From assembly GCA_030704615.1 (NCBI GenBank), contig CM060732.1, positions 20,460,001 to 20,524,000 on the forward strand: a DNA stretch of 64,000 nt. Direction: 5' to 3'. Within the stretch, counting starts at the first letter, position 1. The number at the start of each line of letters is the position of its first letter. The notes under the pieces are model-generated. The model was not told the DNA's origin. It did not search any database and saw only the letters and a list, made by a program, of their open reading frames with translations. This document shows positions 49,400 to 62,197 of this stretch, piece after piece. The position numbers were made by a program, and so were the translations under genes. The stretch is from Takakia lepidozioides (lineage: Eukaryota; Plantae; Bryophyta).

Positions 49400-51802
49400 A
49401 AGTTAGGTCGTTGGGTAGATGGTCAACTGGAAACAGCAGCGGCAGCGGCACAAATGATAGATGCAAATGAGCGTCATAGTGTTTGGCGTCACACCTGCCG
49501 CTCTCATTTGCTTATAGATCTCAAAGGCCTCCTTCTTAGACCCATGCTTGGCATATCCTGTCACAATATATTCCACATGAACACATGTCATTCAGGCATC
49601 TTGTGCCCACACTACCACCCTTGACATAAATGTTGAGAATGTTATGGTGCAAAAAGATGTTCGGCTTGAATCCACTTCTAATGATGTGGGCGTGCAGTTG
49701 CTTTCCCTTTGCCAAGCCTTTCATCAAGTCCATGGAGAGCAGGGTAACGAAACACACTAGCCCGGATTCTGGACCGAACGAGGTTAGGTCCACCACCTTT
49801 CCATCATTGCACTTGTCCCCTTGAAATTGTTGTACTTGTTTTGAAGCTGCTTCTGGACATTGGCTGGAACATCTTGGTTGTGGAGAGACTTGTGGAAGGA
49901 TATGGCTCAAGGTCTCCAAAGTCTCCATCCTGCACCCTTGCTGTGCATATCCTGCAATCATCGCACTCCCCGACACCACATCTCGTTCAGCCATACTATT
50001 GAACACTCATTTGCATCCTCGATGCACCCACATTTGCCATACATGTCCACCAGGGCAGTGTTCAGAATGACATCTAGTACAATTCCAGCTTTGACGATGT
50101 CACCATAGACCTCTTTGCACTTTTCCAGGGCTGCCAGGCTTGCACACGCATTGCCAAATGCAAACAAATGTGATGTGGTTGGGCTTCAACCTTCCCCCAT
50201 CATTTGTTCATAGGTCTCCAAAGCCTCCATCCTGCGCCCTTGTTGTGCATATCCTGCAATCACCACATCTCATTCAGCCATACTGTCGAACACTCCCTTC
50301 ATACATGTCCCTGACGGTATTGTTCAGAATGACATTTGGTACAATTGCAGCTCTGACATATTGCCATAGACCTCTTTGCCCTTTTCCAGAGCTGCCAGGC
50401 TCGCGTTCCATGACACCACATCTAGTTCAGCCATAGTGCTGAAAACTCCTTAATGCACCCACATTTGACATATGTCCACCAGCAGTGTTCAGAATGACAT
50501 ATGGTACAATCAGCTTGGACGATGTCACCATGGACCTCTTTCCCCTTTTCCAGAGCTCCCAGGCTTGCACACGCATTGCAAACACAAACAAATGTGATGT
50601 GGTTGGGCTTTACCCCTTCACGCAGAATTTGCTCATAGGTCTCCAAAGCATTCCTACCACACCCATGCTTGGCAAATCCTGCCAACATTATATTCAACGT
50701 GATCAACGATCGTTGAGGCATTCTGTTGAACACTTGGTGAGCATCCATGATGCTCCCGCTCTTAACATACATGTTGACAAGGGTGTTGAGTAGAAAAACA
50801 TAATCCACTTTGGATAATTATGTGAGTGTGCACCTGCTTTCCAGCTTCCACACCTTTCATCTTGATGCACTTAAGCAAGAAACAGACATAGGTATCTGAA
50901 TCTGCTGAAATGCCTCCTTGGTTTAAAGTCTGTAGAGCCTCAGTAAGTCTGCCTGCCTCACAAAGCATCTTCACATGCGCAGAAGTGCCAGAAGAGGCAT
51001 TGTGGACTCCCTCTCTTGAGAAGTTGTGGTCATCGTTGAGGTGCCTGATTTTATCAACTGTGCCGCTGCTGCTGCGGCTTCCAGTTGACCATTTACCCAT
51101 GCAGGTTTCTTGTAGCTATTCATCCACAGGGAATCATAGGTAATCTGGAGCTTGAAATCCGGCCCTCTTGGATGAATCTGGACCCACACTTTCTCCCTGC
51201 TCCTTCAGCTATCCATGCCTTTGCACAAATCATGCGTACATCCTTGCCTTGCTGCTAGCAGCTGACAATGACAGCCTAGAATTATTCCAGCAAACACCCC
51301 AACCCTACTTCAATTCCAGCTTTGACGATGTCACCATGGACCTCTTTCCCCTTTTCCAGAGCTCCCAGGCTTGCACACACATTGCAAACACAAACAAATG
51401 TGATGTGGTTGGGTTTCACCCCTTCGCGCAGAATTTGCTCATAGGTCTCAAAAGCATTCCTACCACACCCATGCTTGGTAAATCCTGCCAACATTATATT
51501 CCACGTGATCAAGATCGTTGAGGCATTCTGTTGAATGCTTGGTGAGCATCCATGATGCTCCCGCCCTTAACTTACATGTTGACAAGGGTGTTGAGTAGAA
51601 TAACATTTGGCGTGAATCCATTTTGGATAATTTGAGTGTGCACCTGCTTTCCAGCTTCCAGACCTTTCATCTTGATGCACTTAAGCAAGAGACAGACATA
51701 GGAATTTGAATATGCTGAAATGCCTCCAAGAAGTCTGTAGTGCCACTGTAAGTCTGCTTGCCTCACAAAGCATCTTCACATGCGCAGAAGTGCCAGAAGA
51801 GG
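49400..51802 (-). pseudogene. Series of minus-strand PLS-PPR fragments, inverted relative to the 38-47 kb arrays
   Basis: LCEAGRLTEALQTL..YVCFLLKCIKMKG.EAGKQVH, NTLVNMYVKSGSIMDAHQVFNRMPQRSLIT, PNHITFVCVCNACASLGALEKGKEVHGDIV. The same N-terminal block occurs twice (~50520-51000 and ~51310-51802). Confidence 0.9.
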
Positions 51803-52839
51803 TGTCAAGTTATTTTACCACTAGTGTAAAACTAGCTAGGAAATAGATAGCTTTTATATATTGACATTTGGGATTGGCCCAAGTGTCAATCCAGGGGTCA
51901 AGGCAGATTTAGGCCCTGGAGTGGTTATCTTCACGGCAAGCGCGGGAGGCTCATCTTTCTCGAGTTGAGCCTCACCGCGCCTAGCTATGGCGCCGTAGTG
52001 TGGATTCCCCATGGCGTGGGGTGCACTTGGCTTGACTTGTATTTGAGTGATGAGTTTATATATGCATGAGTTTATGCTTCAGCTTTGTGAGCTCGCATGA
52101 GCTTGTGCTTGTATTCTTCTATTTTATCACTCGAGAAAGATGAGCTCGTATCTGTGAGTGCCAGATACGAGTTAGTTGTAGCACTTGTGGTTTTTGCTTG
52201 AGAATGAGAGAAACCAGGTTGTTATGCAAGGAGCACCGTGGAGCTCTTGGTTGTTAGAAGCGGAGGCGATGTGGGTTACGAGGTGGTAGACCTTGGCATT
52301 CGATCTTCAGCTTCAAAGATGAAAGCACCATGCCGCAGGTAATTCCAGAGCACCTTGATGGTTTCAAAGTGTGTACATGCATGAGCAAGCACGATTGGGA
52401 AGAGGACCAGTCAAGAGCAGGTTATAGTGGCTTTGGTGGCAAAGCTGAGAACTGGACTTGGGAATGCGAGCTTTCATTTTGTGAAGGATTGCAAAACCAA
52501 GCGAAAGGGCTGATTTGGCTTGGGGCAAATCAGTGCACTTTGTGGAGTATGTTGAGATTGGGTTTCAATCTCGAGCTTCAGCATCGAGAGAGCTCTTGTC
52601 ATGGCAAGAGCAGGGCTGGAACATGAGCTAAGAGGTGCGGCAAGGCCATGGAATCTGCACCTAGGGTTTCAGAGCTTGAAAGAAGAGCTCTTGCACCACA
52701 AGAGGAGTGTCTTGTGGCTGGAAATGTAAGCCTTAGGGTTTCAGGAGCTTGGCAAAGGCTATGGAGTGCTTAGTCTTGTCTTAGAGAGTATCAAGGAGCC
52801 AAGGAGCCAAGATAGGGGGCTGATACCTCTTGTGTGAAG

Positions 52840-53345
52840 AGGATGCATGTGTGGAGCATGTATTCAGCTCATTGAAGCTTCCATCTTCAAGCTTGGAGGG
52901 CAAGCAAAGAAGAGGGAAGGGCTGACTTCCCTTATGTGAGGGCATTGTATGTGTGGAGCATGTTTTCAGCCTGTTGAAGGCTTGTACTTTCAAGTTTGGG
53001 AGTGCAAGAAAGGAAGGAAGGGGCTGGTTTTCCTGTAGGGCATGTGTGGAGCATGCTTCCAATGGTCGGCACCAACCATCGCATCCACCCCAATGCCAAA
53101 TGTCAAAAGCCACCTTAAATTTATTTTATTTAAAAAAAAAAAAATTGGAAAGTGATGATCGGTGGCACCGATAGAAGTGATTGTCGGCACTGACCATCAC
53201 ATCCACCCAAATGCCGAATGTCAAAAGTCAAAAAACCAAAAAAAAAAAAAACAGAAAGTGATGATCGACGATATTGACAGAAGTGATGGTCTGCACCGAC
53301 CATCGCATCCGCCGTAATGACGAATGTCAAAAGCCAAAAAAAAAG
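52840..53345. repeat. Two adjacent degenerate minisatellites (3 x ~90-105 bp gcatgtgtggagcatg unit; 3 x ~105-120 bp gcacc.accatcgcatcc..aatgtcaaaagc..poly-A unit)
   Basis: The units are visible at ~52845/52950/53040 and ~53065/53185/53290. Confidence 0.75.
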
Positions 53346-54004
53346 ATCGGCGGCTGGGGGAACGACATCTGAAAAAAGAACGTGTACTACAGGGATGACG
53401 GTTAGTTAGGAAAGCGGTTAGAACAACTTGTAGGTAAAAAAAAAGCGAAGAGCGGGGACGTCTGGGGATCACTTCTTGGGGGGGGGACTTCTGGCATCAC
53501 GGCTTGGAAATAGAGGGGAGAGCGCATCTCTAAGTGGAAAGATGAAGAGCACGGAGTAGGAGAAGTGACGATCTGTTGTTACTTGATGAAGGCAAGCTGT
53601 AGAATTGTAATGTAGAGTAGATTAGAGACACCATGGCTTCAGCCTGATACTTGATAGATATTAATCTGATACATACTTCATACTCACACTGTGTAGAGAG
53701 ACCTGAGTGAAGCTGTGGAATGAATGGATGGAACTTGATAGATTTCTGAAGCAATCTGATACTTAATTGCAGACAGTAAGGTAACTTGCTAACATGAATG
53801 CGGGAAGGAGTACAAATAGGAAACACCCCCATGATACACTAGCTGTAGGTCATGACTGATTGTTCTGAGCGGGCTGAGTGCTTAGAGATTTCCAACTCTT
53901 CTATCTTGGAGGTCCCACCTCGGATAGCGAAGGGATGGGTGAATAAAAGCCGCTCGACACCGCCCAAAATGGGCAGTTGCATGCTCTGTCTAGCATGCTC
54001 GGCA

Positions 54005-55740
54005 CTTGGGCGCTCTAGGAAGACAGTCAAGTGTGGGGACTTCAACTTGAAAGTTTCTAACCGGTTTGAAGCCCTGGAAGAGATTGATACTAAGCAGCCA
54101 GACAAATTAGTTGGTCCTTATGGTTTACTCTAGAAGAATTAAATATTCGCCTGAAGGATTTGGCACTCTGCATGGTTTGCCAATCCTTAAGGTTTACTCT
54201 AGGCGCCCAAAATCTACACATGGGGCTATTGATCCCCCTTTGCAGAGTGGTTGGTCGTCCAGGAGCAATCATAGGCTCCCTAGACAAAAACAATGTGAGG
54301 GATTTCAGTAAAGGGTGGGTGATGCCACCATTCCAGCACTTATGTTTGCGGATGACTTCGCAGGCATAGGGGAAACTCCTTCCAACCTCCAGGAATTCAT
54401 TGATTGCGCGAAGAGATACTTTGATCTTTGGGGGCTAGAGGCTCATGTCAGTAAATGTGCAGTGGTGGCATTCATCGACAGAGGAGAGGGAAGAAGTGAT
54501 CTTAAGTTGTAGCCAAGAGATCCCAGTCCTCCCTTCCTACACATACCTGGCCGTTGAGTTTTCCTCCGACTGTAACTGGGATGCACACATCCAGAAAGTT
54601 GTTCAAACTAGCAAGGGCAAAGCGCTGAGTCTTACTAAATTTTTTCACTGCAAAGGGATTAACTCTGAGGTCAAGAAAACCTTGCTTTGCCGCGTTATTA
54701 GACCTGCCTTGGAGTACGGATCTGCTATATGGGTTGATAACTCCAACCAAGCTAAGTCTCTAGAATCCATTTAAGTGGGGGTGCTTAAGGAGTGCATGTC
54801 AGCATGCTCCAAAAACTGTATGGAAGAGCTTCAGCTTCTGGCCTTGAACAATAGGACAAAAGGTGACCAAGTGCATGGACTCGTGAGAAAGCCCAAACTT
54901 GGGAACGTTCCATTGTGGATTATATCATAATGGACAAATATTTGTTTCCCCAGACTGCCAATGTGTTGATTGACAGAACTGATATTGGTACTTCTGACCA
55001 CTTTGTGGTTTGGACTGAGATCAAAAGGTGTTTTCCCAACACCAAGAGATCTGTGAAACGTTCGATTCGGAAGTGGCGCATAGAAAAATTCCATGATGAA
55101 GAGGCCAAGGCTGAGTATGTCCAGGCCTTGCAAGAGGCTCTTGCTCATTTTGTCCATTTGTTCCAAGACCTTCAGTCTTGCACAGTCAATGCAAGAAATG
55201 AAGTCGAAAGAGCAGTGGATTCTTGGGGTATCCTTGGCAGAACTTCTAGGTCTAACAGTGTAGGGTCCTCTGATGAATGGAAGGACATAGTTGGTAAAAC
55301 TGTTCCTATGATTCAAAACAGCCCTGATGAACTGGAGTATATTTCAAAAACCTACACTATTATCCAGGGAAGGGAAAGAGAAGGGAAACCCACTTATGTT
55401 TTTTACTTGGATGTCAAAAAGGCTTATGACACAATCTGGAGAGATGGTCTATGGTTGTGCCTCTGGTCTGGGATGCACACATCCAGAAAGTTGTTCAAAC
55501 TAGCAAGGGCAAGGCGCTGAGTCTCACTAAATCTTTTCACTGCAGAGGGATTAACTTTGAGGTCAAGAAAACCTTGCTTTGCCGCATTATTAGACCTGCC
55601 TTGGAGTACGGATCTGCTATAAGGGGTGCTTAAAGAGTACATGTCAGCATGCTCCAAAACAGCCAATGTGGCTGTTCGGGGTGAGTTTGGCATCCCTTCC
55701 TTAAGCTCCCGACGAGATAAATTCAAGGTAAGATGGTGGG
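54005..55740 (+). mobile_element. Scrambled copy of the 27.4-kb LINE
   Basis: Six blocks match the long copy out of order: ~27566-27985, ~30207-30733, ~28565-28980, ~29388-29511, ~29910-30020, ~30494-30810. Confidence 0.9.
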
Positions 55741-56749
55741 GTCAGTTGATGGAAACTACATTCTGGGCACTGTTGGGGCTAGGATGCGGCTCGGGCAACT
55801 GCCAGCTAAGTTTTACTGTTGCAGATGCACGGTTACTGGCTAGTCATGATTGTGTCAGATGAATTTAGCTCTGGTTGGTGGATGGAAGAAACAACCTATG
55901 TGGGCTAGTCATGCTCGTCATATGCATTTAGAAAGTCCCGTTTCTTGGATGCAGATTTTCCAGCTTTACGAAATGATTTTGGTGAGAGATGGGCTAATGC
56001 TGGTAGGCAATTCGTATGGGGCCAAGACAGAGTGCTACAAAGTCTAACTTTTTCTCTTCTTTGGTAAGAAGGAAGGGCCAACATCTAAAAGGCCCTGCTA
56101 CTTTCCTCATGTAGTCCTAAGTGCGAGTATTAAAGCAGCAGTTGTCCAGTCAGAACTGCTATAATGTGCATGTAATGCTAGGCAACCAAACACATGGACC
56201 TTACATTCCATATTCTTGTTACCTCAGTCTCAAATATTCTCCTAGTAACCGAGGCACTATTTGCAACTTTCTGAGTTATATCATAATTTTGTAACTTTAA
56301 CAATAAAACACAAGCTATGTGAAATAGGGCAAAGGACAGAGGAGAAGTGCCTTTTGTGAGAGCGTCTAGTACACCACTTGCTTGCGGATACTTTTGGAAT
56401 GCTTCCTTCTGTGATTTACTTGCCTACACACACATGTCATCATCTGATTGGTGTGATTTCCTTGTTCGATATACATTTGTGTCCAACAACATGTTTGTTT
56501 GTTTTTTTCTTCTTGATCTTGCCATATGACACAACTGTATTTGTTTTCTAGTACCTCTAAAGTGTCATGACAGACATGACAGGTTTGTTATAGTTTCTTT
56601 GTGGGTACCAGGGATGTCTGCCTGTCTCAGGTAGTGGCCACATCACAAACAGATGTGAGCCTGGACAACACCACCACAATCTCAGCATTGACTGGTGAAT
56701 TACTGGTGGTGTCCAAGTGGAATTGTAAGTGCTGAGAACTTCGGACTAG

Positions 56750-58655
56750 CTAGTTCAAGGCCCACACTCAAATCATCAAAAGCTGAATTTTTATGTACCA
56801 GGATAAGCTGGATTTTAGTGTACCTATTGTTGATCCACTTGTTCCACTTCCAAGAGCCGATGCAAATTGATGGTGTACAATGCTTGGTGTAAAAATGGTT
56901 GGGCTGCCACAGGGTAGAATGTAAACAAGGTGGTTCCATGTTTGTTAATGTTGTGAACAAGAGAGTTGGACACAATACTTTTCTCATGTGTGGATTTTCT
57001 TTAATGACAGGTGGAATTTGAAAACTGGTTGAAGCAAGGAGATATAAAGAGTACGATATGCGAGGAAGTTCAAAGAGAGTGTCCTGATATCTTGGTCATG
57101 GGAAGCCATAGCACATTGGTCATGGCTTTGGCACATTGCAACGAATTGCATACTCTATGCACTGGTAGCCATAGTGTTTGAACAGTAATCAATACAGCTT
57201 GGCGTCTATATATTTCTGGCAGGATATTCACAAACTGAAAAGTTTCCTAAGCATTGCTGTCAGAATTTCTACCAATTGTGGCATGAAGGCATTTGCATTC
57301 TTATTAACCGTGGGAAAGAAATATATTTTTTGGATTTACTATGAATTTTTTACGATCTATCATAGGTATGCCTATAAGAGTTTCTAAAGTGGGTTCATAA
57401 GACATAACAGGGATGGAGGATGCCTAATCTGGACTTTGTCAATGCCCATGCAAGTGAATGAAGAATCCAAATGTGACAAGAGTAGGATGTTATTAGTGTC
57501 GTAGGACTCAAGGTTCACATAAGCATTTTGATTGGTTCAACTTTGGCAACACTCTGCCATTCTTCTTGCGCGAAACAACGAAACAGGAGATGTGTATGTT
57601 ACATTTTTGTTTGATCCCTGCCCGGACTGCCCGCCCGAGAACGCCCAAAGCACCAAATTTTCCCAGAGCGTGCCGGGTCTGCCCAGTTCTTGAAGTTGTT
57701 GCGGTTATTGAAGTTGTTGCAGTTCTTAAACTACAGTTTTCCGCCATCGTTCACTTTGCAAGCTGCAAGCTGTCACCGAGAACCGTGGTTTTCCCTCATT
57801 TTGTCATTGGTAGAACGAACGTTGATAATCCTTGTGAAGCTTAATTAGGCGGCTTTCGAATCACTAACAACGTTTCTTCTTCGATTTGACTCTCCTGGTA
57901 AGACCAAGCATTTCTGATCCTCCTAGTGGGAAACCTCGTAAGCTCCATAGATCATAAACAACATTTCAAACATTTTTGTGTATCAACAGCCCTCTTATCT
58001 GCTGCAATGGCTGTTTGAGTGCAGCAAGTTCTTGAAGTTGTTGCAGTTCTTGAACTGCAAGAGCTCTGCGTTTCCCGCCATCATTCACCTTGCAAGCTGA
58101 TAGCTCTCACCGAAGACCGTGGCTTTCCCTCATTTTGTCATTGGTAGTACGAACGTTGATAATCCTTGTGAGGCTTAATTAGGTAGCTTCCCAATCCCTG
58201 ACGACGTTGCTTCTTCGATCTGACTCTCCTGGTAAAAGTAAGCATTTCTAATCTTCCTAGTGGAAAACTTCTTAAGCTCCATAGATCATAAACAATATTT
58301 CAAATATTTAGGTCTGAGTTCAGCAAGCAGTTATGCGAATGTTTGCTTGTAATAGGAAAGAGAATGGGAAAAACCAACACCAAAAGAAATGTGCAAATGC
58401 TTCTTGTTTCAATATGATTGAGGGAGCTTGTGTGTGTGTTGTTTTATGTTAACAAACATGGAACCACTGGAACCACCTTGTTTACATTCTACCCTGTGGC
58501 AGCCCAACCATTTTTACACCAAGCATTATACACCATCAATTTGCATCGGCTCTTGGAAATGGAACAAGTGGATCAACAATAAGTACACAAAAATCCAGCT
58601 TATCCTGGTACATAAAAATTCAGCTTTTGATGATTTGAGTGTGGGCCTTGAACTT
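56750..58655. repeat. ~200-bp inverted repeat (56750-56948 versus 58449-58655) enclosing tandem duplications (~57686-57972 / ~58026-58305)
   Basis: The arms are reverse complements (the ORF track shows the same peptide EPPCLHSTLWQPNHFYTKH on both strands). The enclosed units contain the ccgccatcgttcac.ttgcaagctg motif also found at ~35440 and ~43000. Confidence 0.88.
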
Positions 58656-60411
58656 GGTAGTCTGAAGTTCATAAACAGCATTTCAAACATTTATGTCTGA
58701 GTTCAGCAAGCAGTTATGCAAATGTTTGCTTGTAATAGGAAAGAGAATGGGCAGAACCAACACCAAAAGAAATGTGCATTCTTCTTGTTTCAATACGATT
58801 GAGGGATCTTGTGTGTGTGTTGTTTTATGTTAACCAGCTTCAGCAGAGAAATTGAGTCAGTGAATTTTTTCACTGTACTTCCATGCGCCCAAGTTCGACC
58901 AAAGGAGAGGAAAAACGTTTCGGTGAAAAAGGAGCACAATGTGGATTACTAAATTCCCTAAGAAGATGCTCCAGTCATGCGGACCCGTGATCAAAGAAGC
59001 TGGGCACAAAATAATCAATTGGCCTATGTGGACCATAAACTCCATGTGGAAAAAAAACACACAGGGAGTTTTGCTAACTAAAAAGATGTCAGCATCAGCC
59101 TCAGAACTAACCAGGGCATGATCTGCACTTTGCATGCTGTACAATTGGGCAAATTAACTTATGTTTGGAAATTACTTTTGGTCCCCTGGACCGCTCGGGC
59201 ATACAGTGGACATTTTATACCTTATTCTCCCCCCCCCCCTCTCTCATAGGTTTAGCTACTACAAGATCTCATCAACATGCATACTCCAATCCTACATCCA
59301 CTACATGTTAATTATTTCAAATCATTTTGTGGTGTGGACTAACATTCAGGACTGTGTGAAAAATGGAACTTGTATTAGCTTATAACTTAGGCATACTCAA
59401 TCTTATAGGAAGACAACAGCAGATAATGACATGTGGTACAATTTCAGATTTGACGATGTCACCATGGACCTCTGTCGACTTTTCCAGGACTGCTAGGCTT
59501 GCACACACAAGCCAACTTGTAGCAGAATTCAACATGACAATTTAGGGGCGACTCTGATAACAGGGAAAAACAGAGTGAAATGTGTTGAAGAAGGTACCTT
59601 CAATAGCAGTGTCTTGTTCTATCAATTGTGCTGTTGCCGCTGCTGTTTCCAGTTGACCATCTACCCACGTAGAATCTAGACCTCTATCCTGGTCTTTCAG
59701 CTATCCCTGCCTGTGTACAAATCATCAATACATCCTCAGCCCAGCCTTGCTGCTAGCAGCTGACACTGAAAAAGTAGTTTGGAAAACTATAAAACTTAAA
59801 AGCACATCTCAAACCAACCCAGTTCCAAACAAGAAGAACCATTCTAGATGGTACCTATTTTGTTTGCCACGTCCAAGGCATCATAATTAGCTGTCTGCAG
59901 CCTGACATAAGCCTTCTCCAGTCCATCAGGCATGTTGCACAAAATTGCAGCATGAGTATTTGAAGCCCAGAGGTAAGCATATAGGTGATAAACACCCAAA
60001 GGAGAACAGTCCATGCTCTACCACGCCAGCCTTGACGTTCCATTCGAAGCTTGAGATTGCAACTTGACACAGCTAACGGCAATCCTGTCAGTCGATTGAG
60101 TGTTCCTGAAGAACTTCAAAATAATTAATCATGGTAATCTCAGACTCTCATCCACATCATAAGAGAGTGTGTGATGGTAACTCAAGCAGGGCTACTCCGA
60201 CCCTACATGACAAGTGGATTCTGTTAGCATTCTGGCAGGCAAAGAAATGGTATGGTCTTGAGAAAACGAGCGGTATACTATGTGAGCGACTGCTTTTTAT
60301 CTAAAGGCACTACAGCTTGTGGATGACCATTATGCCTACCAAGACAAAGAGGTGAGAATCTATGAAAAGACTCACGGCAGCCATGATGACAACATATGCA
60401 ATCCAGATCGT

Positions 60412-60643
60412 ACCTTATCAAGAAAATTACTTTCTTTCTGGATTTCGTATATCTTCTTCACTGCATCCTTGATCTTCTTCTTGTCAGCCCGCACATCCAC
60501 AATGAACACCAACGTGTTGTTGTCCACAATCTTCCTCATGGCAGACTCTGTCGTTAGGGGATACTTGAGGACCTCATAATGATGAAGCTTATTCCTGGCA
60601 AGGGGCTGAGGCGAGGATACTTGGGCGTACGGGCTCTCTTCAC
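60412..60643 (-). pseudogene. RPL23A: 60S ribosomal protein L23a (uL23) exon fragment, frameshifted
   Basis: [12 protein letters not shown] / [53 protein letters not shown] / KKV..LIR followed by a GT donor. No other exons are recognisable. Confidence 0.9.
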
Positions 60644-60789
60644 CTGTGTACAAACCATGAATACAACCTCAGCTTTGCTGCTAGCAGCTGAAGCAGCTGA
60701 GACTGACGGCGTGAAGTTCTTCCAGCAAACACCCCAACCCAACCTATAGTAACATATCAAAATCACTACAAAACACCATAGATCGACCA

Positions 60790-61415
60790 AAAAGCTTCTC
60801 CTCATCTATGTTATCTGTTTTTGGATACTTTCCTGCTGCCACATCGGCAGTAACTTGTCAAAGTCACTCCTAACCACAACAGATCCACCCAACGAGCTAA
60901 CTTACAAAATTCAATATGCATCTCAGGGCCGAGTCTGATGAGAAGGTAAAACAAGGACCTCTTGTGTCTGCAACTTGTGTCTGCAGCGTTCAGAATGACA
61001 TCTGGTAATCTGACAGGCATTCACCTTTTTGCCTCGGTTGTCCCACCATTGACTGGGGTCAGAAAAGTATTGACACCACAGCTTCTCCTCATCTCTGTTA
61101 CTTGTTTAATTTGGATACTTTCATGTTGTCACATAGGCTATATCATGTCAAAGTCACTCCAAACTACCAAAGGTTCACTCAACCAGCTAACATGCAGAAT
61201 TCAACATGGAAATTTAGGGCAAATTCTGATAAGAGGGGAAAACAGGGTGAAATGTGTAAAGAAGGTGCCTTCTCGTCATCCATATTATCTGTTTTTGGTT
61301 ACTTTCCTGCTGCCACATCGGCAGTAACTTGTCAAAGTCACTCCTAACCACCACAGATCCACCCAACGAGCTAACTTACAGAGTTCAATATGCATCTTAG
61401 GGCCGAATCTGATGA
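60790..61415. repeat. Local duplication (~60790-60945 and ~61283-61415, with a diverged copy between)
   Basis: ttatctgtttttgg.tactttcctgctgccacatcggcagtaacttgtcaaagtcactcctaaccac..agatccacccaacgagctaacttaca occurs twice. An inverted related piece lies at ~49385-49420. Confidence 0.85.
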
Positions 61416-61418
61416 CAG

Positions 61419-62142
61419 TGTCGCGGCCCTTTGCCTTGAGGGCAGGGGGTCGGGACACATGAGGGGCTGCCCCTGTGGTGGGGGCAGCGGCAGCGATAGG
61501 TATGGGGGGCTGAAGCACCCTTGAGTGCCCAAGGCACTCAAGGAGGCGGAGGCGCTCACTAGGTGGAGCCCCGCACACCGGGTTGCGGTGGAGGTGGCTC
61601 CACAAGGGGTGGTGGTAGCTTAGTGGGACTTATTGGGGGTGGCATAGGACTCACCATGGGGTGGAGACCTCGAGGTGGGAGTCGTGGGGAGTCTTGGGAC
61701 TCATCACGGTCCATTGGGGCCGCGGTGAGTGGGCCAAGACTCACCGCGACTCACCACCGGGAGTCGAGGGTTTTCGTGGTGGTTCGCCATAAAATGGCAT
61801 GGCTGGTTATGAAACCCCCGCGGACAGCTACAGAAGTATATATAGGGAGTAGTAACCCCGAGAACGGTGCAAGCCTGTTGGTGACCAAAAACTAGTGAGT
61901 AAGCGAACGAGCCGGAAAGCGACCAAAGAGTGGGGAGCTGTTCCGGACTGCCATCTACCAAAGGGAATTCTCCTAGTCCCAAATAGGTGGAGGGTTTAGA
62001 GGGAAGCGGAAGGGGACCGTTATGTCCCGGTGAGCAGCCGAAACTCCAAGTTGGCCCGGCGGCCAGGTTGGGAGTCAGGCGCGCGCATCAAAGCGAGTAA
62101 CTATGACTTGAAGGGGAGTTTACCGAACTAAGGTGTGCGACA
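61419..62142 (+). mobile_element. 5' LTR (724 bp) of a Ty3/gypsy retrotransposon
   Basis: Termini TGTCGC...GCGACA, a TATA-like tatatatag at ~61837, and a PBS 2 nt downstream. Confidence 0.88.
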
Positions 62143-62144
62143 CT

Positions 62145-62156
62145 TGGTATCAGAGC
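62145..62156 (+). promoter_or_regulatory. Primer-binding site complementary to tRNA-iMet
   Basis: TGGTATCAGAGC immediately after the LTR end. Confidence 0.92.
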
Positions 62157-62197
62157 TTAGAGTTCAGTACGCGATCGTCCTTGGGATTGGCCTCATC

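Noticed and set aside
51803-53838. Solo LTR bounded by TG..CA interrupting a PPR fragment
   Set aside because: The termini are poorly inverted, there is no matching TSD (agagg versus ctagc), and the PPR sequence does not resume.
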